The position numbers were made by a program, and so were the translations under genes. DNA of 63,446 nt, counting the filler, from Globobulimina sp. (taxonomy: Eukaryota): NCBI GenBank assembly GCA_003354225.1. It is 26 parts of 26 records of this genome, joined end to end, with 100 filler letters (N's around TTAATTAATTAA, not from the genome) between each part and the next. Parts side by side here need not be neighbours in the genome. Positions count along the whole stretch, not along the records: positions 46,450 to 48,792 come from PIVH01007271.1; positions 48,893 to 51,235 come from PIVH01007272.1; positions 51,336 to 53,678 come from PIVH01007273.1; positions 53,779 to 56,120 come from PIVH01007274.1; positions 56,221 to 58,562 come from PIVH01007275.1; positions 58,663 to 61,004 come from PIVH01007276.1; 20 more parts are not named here. One strand, given 5' to 3'. Numbering within the stretch: the stretch's first letter is position 1; the number at the start of each line of letters is the position of its first letter. The notes under the pieces were generated by a model that saw nothing but the letters and a program-made list of their open reading frames with translations, did not search any database and had not been told where the DNA came from. Of this stretch, positions 46,350 through 58,780 are shown in pieces.

Positions 46350-47006
46350 NNNNNNNNNNNNNNNNNNNNNNNNNNNNNNNNNNNNNNNNNNNNTTAATTA
46401 ATTAANNNNNNNNNNNNNNNNNNNNNNNNNNNNNNNNNNNNNNNNNNNNTTTTGAAATTGTATACTTTATCCTAGCACTGTATGTAAATCTTCATAAGAT
46501 TTTAAATTGTTTAAACACGCGGTATTCTAAACACGTCCTATTCTAAAGTATGTATTTTAACACTGCAATTCGGAAGTTTTCACACATTCTATTCGTAAAT
46601 AATTGTGTCCTACGATTCCTGTTTCAATATTCATAATTGTTAACACATTGCTTCATGGATGAGGTGTACAGATGACTCATGCTCATGACTAGCTTAAATT
46701 ACTTCGTGAAAATCTGAAAATCACTGTTCAGAAATATTTTTCTAATATAAAACAATGACGAAACTGTCAAGAAAAAAAATATTAATTATATACGTTATAC
46801 AGTATGTCGAGAAAAAACAAAAATCACACATGGAGTCAAAGAAATAATAATATTACAAAAATCAAATGTGATATAATCATATGAATCACTGGCAACACGA
46901 GAACGCGTAAGGTGTAAACAAAAAACGTTTTGCGGGTTCTAAGCTTCTAATTCGCAGTGATTCATACATTGAAAAATTCACATTTCTGTACAATAATAAT
47001 AATTTA

Positions 47007-48610
47007 TTAAATGGCTTGTTTTTGTTGAATATATTCATGTCCTTTATCAGAGGTCTTGAATCTTGAAAATGCAAAATTTAATAAAATAAGTATCTCTCTC
47101 CGCGATTCATCATATAAATGGAATAATGTGTCTGTCGATACCTTGTTAGTTTTTAAAAATTGCGCAATCTCTTGATTAGATTGCCTTGCATTATCACTCT
47201 CATTCTCGATTCCAAATTGTTGATACAAACTATTTCTTTGGACATAACTAATATTTATACAAAAATACGAATTATTGGCGACATATTTCTTAAAAAATTG
47301 AACAGATTGCAAATATTCACTGAATGATGGCATGCCCTCTTCAACAACCTCCATATTAATATTATATTTGCTGTCCAACGTCGCCACCTCCTCATTTCCC
47401 ACGATTTTGGATTTTGGCGCCGCACTCGATATACAAACGTTAAACAAAGAGTTATGTACAGATTCGCAATTTTTATACGCATTCCTTTCCAACAACGATA
47501 ATAACCATTGATGCGTTTCGACAAAAAACAAGAGATTCTCCAAACTAAACTCCTTAGTGACATGTCTTGCAAATTCGTTGAATCCGTGTTTATCATTCAG
47601 AGTGTTCCGAAGGTCGAACTGTTCGCTTTCACGCAGTTCATCGTCAGACGCATTGTGATCTGATTTAGATTTGGACCGGAAACTTAACTCCAACATTTGC
47701 TGCGGGACATATTCTTTGACTCGCCATGGAGTGGAAGGCAAACGAAACGTTTTCAAAACATAATAATTGATACAATATTGGCAGCAAAAGAAGCCATTTG
47801 CAGCGAATAAAGGCAATAAAGTATAAGTCACTGAATATCTTTCAGGCTGCAACAAAAAACCAACACACGAATACAATAAAATAGTCAACAATTCACACCT
47901 TACAGTAAGATAATATATGTTCATGGGATACAAAATGTGTATGCTATATTTATAGAATACCTTAAAATTAACAATGATTCCTTTGCTAAATACCACACAT
48001 CGTTAAATTTTGGAAATTTCAAATAAGTAACAACATCAACGAGTGTTGGTATCAAGGAACAGATCGTCACGGAGACCATACTAACGTAGTTTGGTTCTCC
48101 TTTGTTTATTAACGTAGAGACACTTACTACGCTTAACCAAAACGCCCAGTTAATGAATAACAAAGTTGATATTCGTTTGGATGAGCCCCAACTTGCTCTG
48201 TGTTTTAAAAACCAATTGGTTTCATTTGGATCGATCTGTAGTCGCCACTCTTTATCTTGCAATGCTTTCACAAATTTAATATCATAATAAACCATATATG
48301 TTCGATAGGTAAATAGGTGATATACGCCAAGACTTGTAAACCATGACAGCGTAATGATCATCAATGCGAGATATGGCATTCGCGGCACCATTCTTACATT
48401 TCCTGTAAGCAATACAATTGGATGGGTTACAAAATTTGAGAGTACACATAATACACCGCATAAAATGCAGATTGTTGGTCTTCGTACACTGATTTCGTCT
48501 AAGTTGCGAAGGAAATAATAGCTCAAACACCAACAAGTACCAATAATACCACAGATAAACATAATGCCTAAAGCAATAAATGTTGCAATGTCTACTATAC
48601 TAGGGCTCAT
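47007..48610 (-). CDS. 7TM-RGS protein; intron 47899-47960
   Basis: About 7 TM helices, then RGS motifs GFNEFARHVTKEFSLENLLFF, KYV...CINIS and FSRFK. A 62-nt GTATTC...TAAG intron joins the two ORFs in frame. Confidence 0.88.
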
Positions 48611-48897
48611 TGTGGACTCTGAGTGTCAGTGAGTGATAACTGAAAAAGTTGAAAGCCGATCACGCAAAAACACGTCTTTTATCTGTAATGATAATGATAT
48701 TTTTCATTCAATATAATATACACAAACACAAAATAACCAAAGAAACAAACGAAAAAAAAATATAATAAATAATAATGTAAAAAAAATATGAANNNNNNNN
48801 NNNNNNNNNNNNNNNNNNNNNNNNNNNNNNNNNNNNTTAATTAATTAANNNNNNNNNNNNNNNNNNNNNNNNNNNNNNNNNNNNNNNNNNNNTTAAC

Positions 48898-50645
48898 ATG
48901 ACATCATTTGAAAACATATTGGTTATCATCACATTGATTGTATTCCTCTGCATTTATTCCCCGTTATCCATATATCAAATATATCGCTTATATTCATGTA
49001 CATACCGCAAAGTGAACCCGGTGGAATGTCTATTAAAACGGCAGACATCCCTCTCATTAGTTTGCTGCATTGCATATTGCGTACAATTCATTGACTTAAG
49101 TTTATGGTCCATTGTATATACGGATTGGTTTTCTTTGCAAACAGAAGAAACCATAACATTTCTCTCCCAGTTCATTCATTTATTGATGCAATTCATTTTG
49201 GCATTTTTCATTGTATTACGCTTTTGGTTGTTACACTTCTCCATCAAATACGAGATGATCGCCAGCAAAGACCATTGGAAAAAGATTATCGATCCAGATT
49301 ACATAATCGCAGAACGAAAGACACAAAACAAAACGTATCCATATCCACATCCTGGCAATAGAAGTAACCAAATCTTAAACTCTGAGTGGATTATGGCCAA
49401 TAAACATAAATGGGGCAATCTACAATTTTGTTTGAAAACAGGTGGTGTCATTTTTATAATCTTATTCGTTTCCATCTGTGCAGCACAAATATTGCACACC
49501 TTTTATGACTCCAACGCCTTCCAATTAATACGTATGATATCCGCTATGACGACCTATGGCATTTTCTTATTAATTTGGAGCTTAATGTTGGCGATTTATT
49601 GTCGAACGCCTTCCTTTTATGATCATATTTATGTCAAAAAAGAATTAAAACATTTGTTCCATGTCATGGTGGCTTTTTTCTTTGTCTATATCATCTTTGC
49701 GGTCTTGTTTGGCTTCAATGAGGACAACGTGTACGATTCGGCATATTTCCCCGAAATATTGTTGTTGTTTCATTGTGTTGCTTTGGGGAACTTGATCGCC
49801 ATACTAGTCTTTACATATTTGCCGCTATCCAATTTACAAAAGTTTCAGCAAGCCGGACATCAAAGAAATAAAAATGGGGTTAAGTTGACAATGGATATCG
49901 CGCTGAATTTAACCGATGTGTTGAAGAATGAATATGGTTTCAGCGTACTTATGAAGGTATAGATACTGTGCATAGTACATACTTTGTTTCTGTATACTGT
50001 ACGTATACGTTTTTGTGTTGTTGTATATAGCATTTAGCGCATGAATTTTCAACGGAGGTACTTTTGAGTGTCACAGAGTTTACAATGTTTAAGAAATATT
50101 TATATGATAATGTGCTGAAAATGGTTGGATTTGCTGATAGGAATCAAGCAATGCACACTGATATGATAGGAAACGAAACAAATTTAAAGGGCACAAATGT
50201 TGCAAATTCGGCAAACTTAATCGCTCCGAAAAACCGGCACAAGCGCTCGGATATTTATTCGGATGCACCGTATTTGGTGTTGCCCTTTGATAAATTGCCA
50301 AAGTCTTCGATTGTTTATAATGAGGAACTGAGCAACACCGAGAAATGCTATTTATTGTACGCCAAATATATAAAAACAGGCTGCGAATATGAGATCAATA
50401 TTGGTGGTGGATTGCGATCACATTATAGGACAATGTTGGATAATAAACGGAAATGGATGAATGAGATATCGCGCACAATGGATATCGGGACAATCGCTGC
50501 ATTGTTTGACAAATGTAATGACATTAATGTAGGTTTGATGTCACATTCTTTCATACGGTTTAAAATGAGCAATGAATGGGAAAAAGTAGTTCGTGCAATT
50601 ACTACAAAACAGTCCATTGATGTGCCTCCAAAAGAAATCATATAA
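48898..50645 (+). CDS. 7TM-RGS protein; intron 49957-50030
   Basis: About 7 TM helices. The spliced junction gives GFSVLMK|HLAHEFSTEVLL; also KYIKTGCEYEINIG and SFIRFK. Confidence 0.88.
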
Positions 50646-51335
50646 TTCGTTTTCTTTTTTTATTCTTGTAGCTTTTTTTTGGATGAGTGTAGTTACAAGT
50701 GATCGATTGATATATTAATTTCCATGTTTCAACATTTTAATATTAATAATTTTATTTCTTATTTACTAGAATTAATTCCGTTTTCAAAAAAAAATGTGTT
50801 CGATCCAAGCATCCAACATTTACTTGAGTTGACTACACAGTTTGACATCTACCCACATGCAATTAAAATGAGTCGTGATTATACAAATGACGAATCTAAG
50901 AGGCCGGAAAGACCAACAATGAATGGATACAGACATAAACGAAATCCGTCCATTCGAACGCTACTAAATTCGAAACGCTATGATGGAAAGAGTATTCTTC
51001 TCACCGCACGGCGACGAAGTGCAAGACAGCCACTCTGACTCCAAAATACAAAGATTAGAATCAGGTATGTTATAATATAATATTTGTATACTGTACACTC
51101 ATTATTTAATTTAACCGCTTATAATAATTGTGTTTTATGACTAGCACAAAATGTAAAATAAGTTGTTTCTTGATTGGTTGGTTTTGTATATTGAAACTTT
51201 TGCAGATCGATTTGAATACATTGATAATGGATTTGNNNNNNNNNNNNNNNNNNNNNNNNNNNNNNNNNNNNNNNNNNNNTTAATTAATTAANNNNNNNNN
51301 NNNNNNNNNNNNNNNNNNNNNNNNNNNNNNNNNNN

Positions 51336-51686
51336 GTATTCAATCTCTCCCAATCTGCCACATTGCTTAATTGCTGCGGTATATACACTGATGTCAAATT
51401 GCAAATGGTTGCTGCAGTTCAGAATTGATTCTATTTGTTGTATTGAATCACTGTTTAAGATCTTGTCTCGGTATTTCCTGAATTTATTATTTCCAACCAC
51501 TCGGGAGATGGCGTTTACATTTGTTCCCAACATTTGACGGTTGGTTTTTTGTTTGTGAATAAACTCGTCTGCAATGTCCTTAGTAAAAGTGTTTATTGAT
51601 AGCTTCCATCTTTGATAAAAATGTAACTTTGTGAGATTACTCCATGGCTTAGTCCATACACAGTGCATTCGCCGTAAAGATGCCAT
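51336..51686 (-). CDS. Pentatricopeptide-repeat protein N-terminus, possible mitochondrial presequence (3'-partial)
   Basis: Arg/Lys-rich, acid-free N-terminus; PPR-like DISVYTAAIKQCGRLG. Confidence 0.6.
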
Positions 51687-51723
51687 GGATAATTACCAAT
51701 TGACAAAACACTAACTTCAAAAC

Positions 51724-53019
51724 ATGGCACATTTGTCAAAAAACAGGTGGAGAAGAGTGATATGGAGGAATAAAATAATCATAGTGATAATCTTAATTAT
51801 TCTTTGTCTCATTTCTGACCAAATCTACCTGAACTCACTGGTGATCGATAAACCCGATGTACCGTATAAGCCAATAATAGAGAAACAAAGTATCACCTTG
51901 AACAAAAATACAAACACCAATCCATTGCAAAAACACATAGAACAACGGACCAAACCAACACATACTCACTGTCCAAATCCATATCTAGAGCACTATAACA
52001 CCGCACGTCCGAAATACCAACGATTAGACATATCCAAACTACCCAGTAACTGGCTATATTTTGCAAATCGCTGCCAAATGAATGAAAAGAAATTTACTCA
52101 CAATGGGCACGGTGATTTTGACAAAATATGGATGAATTCCAAAATAGGATACCTACATAATTATAAATGTGGCGGTTCCAGCATTCAGTTAGCATTGGAA
52201 AAATTATCTAAAATAGATTTAAAAGGAGATTATCTGTACAATGATTCGAGACGCAACGATGTGAATTTATTTGTAAGTTCCAAAGCGTTTATGAATGAAA
52301 GTGGATGGCACACAAATCCGCACAAATGGTACAAAATATTGACGGATATGTTTTTATTTACGTTTGTGAGGGATCCAATTGACAAATTTCTATCATCTTT
52401 TTACGAAGTTCATACCAGAAACCACAGTGCCAAACGCATTTGGAGCCGATTGCACGTGTCGCAATATTCGGGAATAACACGGTTAAGGAAATTATTACAA
52501 TTATTCGGAGCAAACATGGATGAAATGAGAAACGGAGTTATTGGTAATGAGAAACATCACATTGATATTGGCAGTTTATGGAAAGGAGAGAGACATTTTC
52601 ATCCTCAAATGTTATTTTTATGGAATGTGGAATTTAAATTTTTGCCTTTTGATTATATCGGAGATATAAATGAGTTGGATAATGCATTGAAAATTATATT
52701 GGATGAATTTAGTGATTATTTTCATGCGAATCCAGACAAATATGAAACGTTTGTAAGACATTTGAGACAGAGACAAGTGGAGGATACTATAAATAAGGAC
52801 AAGTTCAGAAAGAAACGTAATTATGCACATGCAAAGGACAATGCTTATTACATAACAAGAGATGAATTGGATGATGATGATATTAAAGCCATCTGTGAGG
52901 CATATTGGGTGGATTATATTTGTCTGCCATTTGATATTCCGAAACAATGCAATGCTGAACAATTGTTTGCCAAATACTTTAATCGGTTTGTTGCTTATAA
53001 TGATTGCTACTTCAGTTGA
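51724..53019 (+). CDS. Golgi type II membrane sulfotransferase (Sulfotransfer_2 / carbohydrate sulfotransferase-like)
   Basis: N-terminal TM, 5'-PSB YLHNYKCGGSS, 3'-PB FTFVRDPIDKFLSSFYE, HFHPQ and FDYIG. Confidence 0.88.
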   Translation: MAHLSKNRWRRVIWRNKIIIVIILIILCLISDQIYLNSLVIDKPDVPYKPIIEKQSITLNKNTNTNPLQKHIEQRTKPTHTHCPNPYLEHYNTARPKYQRLDISKLPSNWLYFANRCQMNEKKFTHNGHGDFDKIWMNSKIGYLHNYKCGGSSIQLALEKLSKIDLKGDYLYNDSRRNDVNLFVSSKAFMNESGWHTNPHKWYKILTDMFLFTFVRDPIDKFLSSFYEVHTRNHSAKRIWSRLHVSQYSGITRLRKLLQLFGANMDEMRNGVIGNEKHHIDIGSLWKGERHFHPQMLFLWNVEFKFLPFDYIGDINELDNALKIILDEFSDYFHANPDKYETFVRHLRQRQVEDTINKDKFRKKRNYAHAKDNAYYITRDELDDDDIKAICEAYWVDYICLPFDIPKQCNAEQLFAKYFNRFVAYNDCYFS

Positions 53020-53052
53020 TCTGTAAGTTGATCTGTAAGTTGATCTCTGTAA
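53015..53052. repeat. 12-bp tandem repeat GTTGATCTGTAA x~3 overlapping the stop codon
   Basis: Read directly from the sequence. Confidence 0.8.
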
Positions 53053-53378
53053 AATTACGAAATAACACTATGAAGCAAGTCACCACTGCAATATTGCGGG
53101 AATACTGGTAATATACAAATTACATGTTTTGTATCATTGGTTGCTTGAATCAATAAGTTTGGTCCAATACCATCAGCCTTTGCCTAGCTTATATTTACCT
53201 TCATCCTCCGTAGCCAAAACTGCCGGATGTGTACAGTTGATTGCCACATGTTTTTAGGTGAGGTAAATGAGTCAAAACATTTGTTTTGCAATGCAGCTGT
53301 CAATCGGAATTTGGTATGTGTGCAATTTCGCGAACGGTGATACAGACAGTACGTTTGAATTAAAATCCTAAACTATAG

Positions 53379-53678
53379 ATGATGATTAATATTTTTATTT
53401 GCATGTCCACAATCCTCACAATAACAACACATGCAATCAACGATCCCGATGTATTAAATGTAGCCTTTCAACATTTAAGTACCAATGACTTATTGACACG
53501 CACCTTATCTGTAAGCAACACCTATCGCATGCAATCAATAAAAACATTACCGCAAAGAACAGGCGCATTAGAACAATTATCATTATTTCAATTACAAAAC
53601 ATTATCCAAATGGTGAACAAATCAAATCAACATTTTCCAACAAACGTGCTTCACAAATTCACACAACAAGAGTTTCAA
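53379..53678 (+). CDS. Hypothetical protein with hydrophobic N-terminus and F-box-like segment (3'-partial)
   Basis: MINIFICMSTILTITTHA followed by DPDVLNVAFQHLSTNDLL..TLSVSNTYR. Confidence 0.4.
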
Positions 53679-53778
53679 NNNNNNNNNNNNNNNNNNNNNN
53701 NNNNNNNNNNNNNNNNNNNNNNTTAATTAATTAANNNNNNNNNNNNNNNNNNNNNNNNNNNNNNNNNNNNNNNNNNNN

Positions 53779-55650
53779 AAGAGAAAACTGCAACTAATCT
53801 TAACAGTTGCTGGTCTATAATTTAAATTAAAGTGTAAAACACCACAAAAAGGAAGGTGCGAACAAAAAGAAACCAGAAACATAAAGTTTATATAGAAACG
53901 AAAAAAAAACAAAGATAACAAAGTCGAAACAGTATCGATTGACATCAAAATAAACTCTGAAACACACACAAAAAATGAATATATCTAAACATCAAAATAA
54001 CAAATTATAAAACACACGTTCAAAAATAATCACTCAAAGATTAGTCACAAAATAAGTCATATTAGTCATATATTAAAAAATAAATAATATTATACTAGAA
54101 ATAATAAGTTGTTTGTGTTATATTGCAGCAACGCAATTGCATTTGCTTTCATCAAATTTGATGATATATACTGGAAGCAGTATCCAATAGAAACACTGCT
54201 TAGAATATTCATATTTGCTGCTCTCAATTCTCCCAATTTTTTGATAAATTTCACAGTCTTACTATAAAACCTACCCGACGACTCCATAATCAATGGTAAA
54301 TACTCCAAATTCAAATTATTAATATTTTTATTCTCCAAATATTTATTATATTTATTCATTTTATGGGTGTAAAATTTCTGCGCTGCTGACATACGTTTCA
54401 CACTCGCTTTCTCATAGTTAGATTCACACAACGGCGACGTCACTCCAATATCAAAGGCACACCGTTTGCCATCATTCCATCCATTGACGTAAATGTCCGC
54501 CGGTTTCATTCTACTATTATCAAATAAATGTCTTAATTCGATTTTATGTTTAATATTTGCATCCCATAATAAACGAGACACACTCTTGACAAGCGTATCA
54601 TGTTTGAAAATAATTCCTTTGCCATATTTGCATATCTCGCCGTGATCCCCAAAGTTGTCCACATTTTCTCGACACTCCAAACACTTACAATTCTTAATTA
54701 CTAATTCAATCCTCAATTTCCTTTTAACCAAAATTCTGAACTCTGAATTTGTGAATAATGTTCCATACCCTTTACACATTGGCGCATTCAACCAAGCACT
54801 CGCGTTTCTATTTATTTGAGACAGCAAAGCTGCTCTGTTCTTGCCATCAAATTGTGCCAACAAACTATTCAATTGAAGTGACTGCATAGCATTTGTCATC
54901 CATTTTGTGGTGTGAATCTTCAAATCAAACTCTTCAATTTTATACCTATCACACACTCGACTATTATAATCTCCTAAACATAAATCAATCCTTTCCAACA
55001 AAACATTATTAAATCCATCAAATATTTCACTCGAAACCAATCTCTTTGCAATACGTTTAGCTGCGAATAATGATGGCAATTGAATCGCGCTTAATTTGTC
55101 TAAACAAGTGCGCATACCCAAGCCAGCTTTCTTCGTTGATAACGTACATTGAATCCATTGATCATCGCTCAAAATATGTCCAAATAAAATATTGCAAATC
55201 TCTCTCAAATGTGTATCATATTTTATTGCCACGGTTCTAATCTTATCAGGAGGGATAGTCCTAAACCAATAAATCAACTTCGAAATATTCACAAAATCTT
55301 TCATTATTTTATATTGCAATTGTACCAAATTCAATGATTTAATTAATCTCAATTCTTTGTCAATTTTCGCTACCAAAGGGATCAAATTCTTTTCTATCCA
55401 TGCCACATCTCCGATAGGTACGTTCAAACAAATACCATTGCCATTTTCATACACTTCGAATCGTTTCAATTTCATGGATAATAAATGGTAGACAGTGCCA
55501 ATGGGGCATCCCAAAGTAAGGATACTTTTAGTATCATTCAAAATAAACCCAAATGAAGGACCTAATTCTATCACTGCTTGCATCCTAACTACGGCGTCAC
55601 TGATCAATTGACAATTGAAATTATCATCAACCATTGACCCATCAGCTTCC
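53779..55650 (-). mobile_element. CRE-like RLE non-LTR retrotransposon, 5'-truncated within the RT (ORF 54090-55634)
   Basis: MVDD, GFILNDTKS, KAGLGMR, SAWLNAP, CLECRENVDNFGDHGEIC, KHD, KPADI, AFDIGVTSP, KMNKY and PLIMESSG. Confidence 0.88.
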
Positions 55651-55810
55651 TCTTTTCTTCACTGCTTTTCTTCACTGCTGCTTTGAAGTGTTTTTGCGTT
55701 AAACCCAATATAGTATTGCTCAAAATATGTCCCTGATTCACTCCCAATGCGGCGGTGTTTTCTAATTATATCTCATAATTTAAGCGAATTATGAGTTTAG
55801 ACATGACATT

Positions 55811-56120
55811 TTGTGCAAAATGTCATGTCATGTAGCTGCATTTCATATTATGCCATGGTATCTGCCCGGAGATATCCATCAAAATATATTAGAAAATTGC
55901 TATAATACCACTGTGGCTGAGGATAAAATGTATGGCAAATACCGCATTGTGGACTATCCCGTGGCCATACATCCATTGTCGATGCATATCCCTTTACATA
56001 TGCATTTGACGAGTTATTTGAAGCTGTTTTATGATAACGATCCGCTACGATTTGAGACGGATTTATGCAGGTTTTTGACGCTGAAATACAGCGTGCAATT
56101 AATGGAGCATCCTTTGCGAT
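55811..56120 (+). CDS. UBR1-family (N-recognin) E3 ligase-like internal fragment
   Basis: DYPVAIHPLSMHIPLH...LMEHPLR resembles the UBR1/2 VSxHxPL...LxEHPLR segment. Confidence 0.55.
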
Positions 56121-56389
56121 NNNNNNNNNNNNNNNNNNNNNNNNNNNNNNNNNNNNNNNNNNNNTTAATTAATTAANNNNNNNNNNNNNNNNNNNNNNNN
56201 NNNNNNNNNNNNNNNNNNNNCATCATATTACAATAAGTAAAATCATCACAACATTTATCAGTGCAACTAGACTCTTATACCTGATAATTAACATCAAATA
56301 ATATGTACACACATTATTATAGAATAAATACAAATAAACAAAATATTTACAATATTAGAAATTTATACGACAATACATCAATACCGTTG

Positions 56390-58562
56390 TTAATTACTAT
56401 TCAATAGTCTATAGTCAATAATTACTTTACATACATGACATATCCATATTTTACAAATTTCACATTCTATACTATAAAAAGACAAAACCAAAATCAATAT
56501 ATGCAAAAAGAATCTATTTTCCTCTGGTGTTCTTTGTTCCTGTTTATTTACTGTTTGTTTTATTTGTTGTCTACTACTTGTCATTGCTGCCATTATTGGG
56601 GCTTGTTGTATTTTTCCCAAAAAGAAATCTTGAGGTGGCAATAGACTAGATGTTTCTACTTTCTGTGTCAGTCCTTCATATGTCATTGGTGTCGCCACAA
56701 ATGTTCTTCCTCCATGACCTTGTCCTCCTTGATATGAATTGTTGCCTCGAGATGGATTATTGGCTACATAATTGTCATAAATAGGCTGATTCTTTTTAAT
56801 TTTGTCCAATGGACTACCCAGAACTGTCGGATTTGATCGTTTCAATACTGGTGGTATTTCAGCTCGTTGATTTCTAATTGCTTGGAAAAATGCTTCTTGA
56901 GCAATTTGTTCTTCCTCCGGTGTTTTCCAGCTGTTATAAGTCTCCCCCCGTGCTTCCGCCAAAACTTTCTTTCCAATTTCGTCCTCCATCCTTCGAGTTT
57001 TCCAATCCTTATTACATTCAATTAAGAATTGCGCCTGCTTTTCTTCTAGTTCCGGGATATTACAAAATTGTTCAAATTCGGCTTGTTCCTGAGGAGAAGA
57101 CAAAATATCAGTAATGGAATGTCCAAAAGTTCGTAACTGTGTCTTGCTTTGTATACTTGATGATCTTCTATACATTTCGGGCGATGATTCTGGCGAACTT
57201 GGAGAACTCGTTATCTCGGTAGAATGTCTTTTATGATTTTCAGCCATTAGCTCGAATTTGTCTTTAAATTTGTCTATGTCTATCGCAAAATCCAGCAAAG
57301 TAACATAGGCTTTATAACGATACCAATCTAATTGAGAATAGTCCATATAATTCAGTATAGCATCTTTAATTTGTTCTCTGATTGCTTTGATCTCGTGTGA
57401 TCTGTAATATTTTGATTCTTTTGGCAAGGGTCCAAATATTACACCACAAATTCTAAGGCAACCAGGAGGTGGGACCTGCTCAATGTTCTTCCATGCCTCT
57501 GGTAATGGTAGATGTTTTACCAATCCAGATTGCAATACCAATAGCGCTTGATCTGGTGGAGGCGATTTAAGTTCATTCCCGTTACTTGTATTATCCATAG
57601 GTTTACCGAAAGTTTGACTGTTCGTCTTTTGATGATATGTCTGTCCCACTACTTCATGTAGATCATTTACGTCCGGAGAAGAATCACTGGTATCGGACAA
57701 ATTCCGAATGTCATCAATGAGACCACCTTGATCTACACTGTTCAACACGTTTGGCACTGTTGTTAGTCGATCACTTGCCACTTCACACATTACTTGCTGT
57801 CGATGCTGTACAGTTCCTCTTCTCTGATGCAATGGTCTTTGTTCCCATAGTGAATTTCCGTTTGAAGGTTCTCTACTATCTAATATTGGTGGTCCACCTA
57901 ACATAAGTTCCAACTGTGAATCGTACAACTTGGTAAGTGGCAATAGTGACTGATCTATTTCGTTACTCTGCACTACTTCCTGCAATGTCATGTTCCCCGT
58001 TACAGTATCCGGTATTTGTGTTGTTCCATCAGTTACTATAGTGTCAGTAGGTGTATCTAAAAGGACTAAATCATTGTTAGAGTTTAACTCTACTTGTTCT
58101 TGAATTCTGGTGAACTCCGTGCTCCTTCTTCGATTACTTGGCCATTCAGGTCTATCTGATTGTTCCGTATTTAAAAGAAAATCAGCACAATCTTCTGGAT
58201 TTACTGGTATACTTGAATCTGGAACATTCTCTTTGATATCTTCCAATACTGTTTCCATAACAATGACATCAAAATATTTTAAACTTTTAAATGTTGGTTT
58301 CTCTGGTATCTTATGATATTCTCTCTTCTTGATATCAGTACTTAGAGTTATGGGTGGTGTTGTCTCGAAAAAATGTCCTGCTCTCAGTATACTTGTTCCT
58401 GAACTTTCTGGTTTCTGACCATTTCTAGTCTCACCTAAATGTCCTCGAGGAATTGTGCCATTTGACAAGTTGTTGTCCACCACTGTGACTTGTTTAGATT
58501 CTATCACTACAGGTAAAATATCTGATGGTTTGTGATCCATCTCCTTGGATTCTGTCTCTTTA
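56390..58562 (-). CDS. Hypothetical protein of over 716 aa, P/S/T/Q-rich; possibly a retroelement ORF1/gag-like protein
   Basis: Long intronless ORF with an A-rich coding strand. No recognised catalytic motif. Confidence 0.6.
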
Positions 58563-58780
58563 NNNNNNNNNNNNNNNNNNNNNNNNNNNNNNNNNNNNNN
58601 NNNNNNTTAATTAATTAANNNNNNNNNNNNNNNNNNNNNNNNNNNNNNNNNNNNNNNNNNNNCAGCCTCAATTAATTCAATTACACTTATTTTCTCTTTA
58701 CGGCGTGAAAAAAACACTAAAAATAATATACAAACGACACACAAACTACACCCAAAAACGTATACAATACAAAATAAAAA

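Noticed and set aside
47007-50645. Divergent 7TM-RGS gene pair or cluster
   Set aside because: The two genes are separated by the spacer at 48793-48892. They are on different contigs and adjacent by chance.
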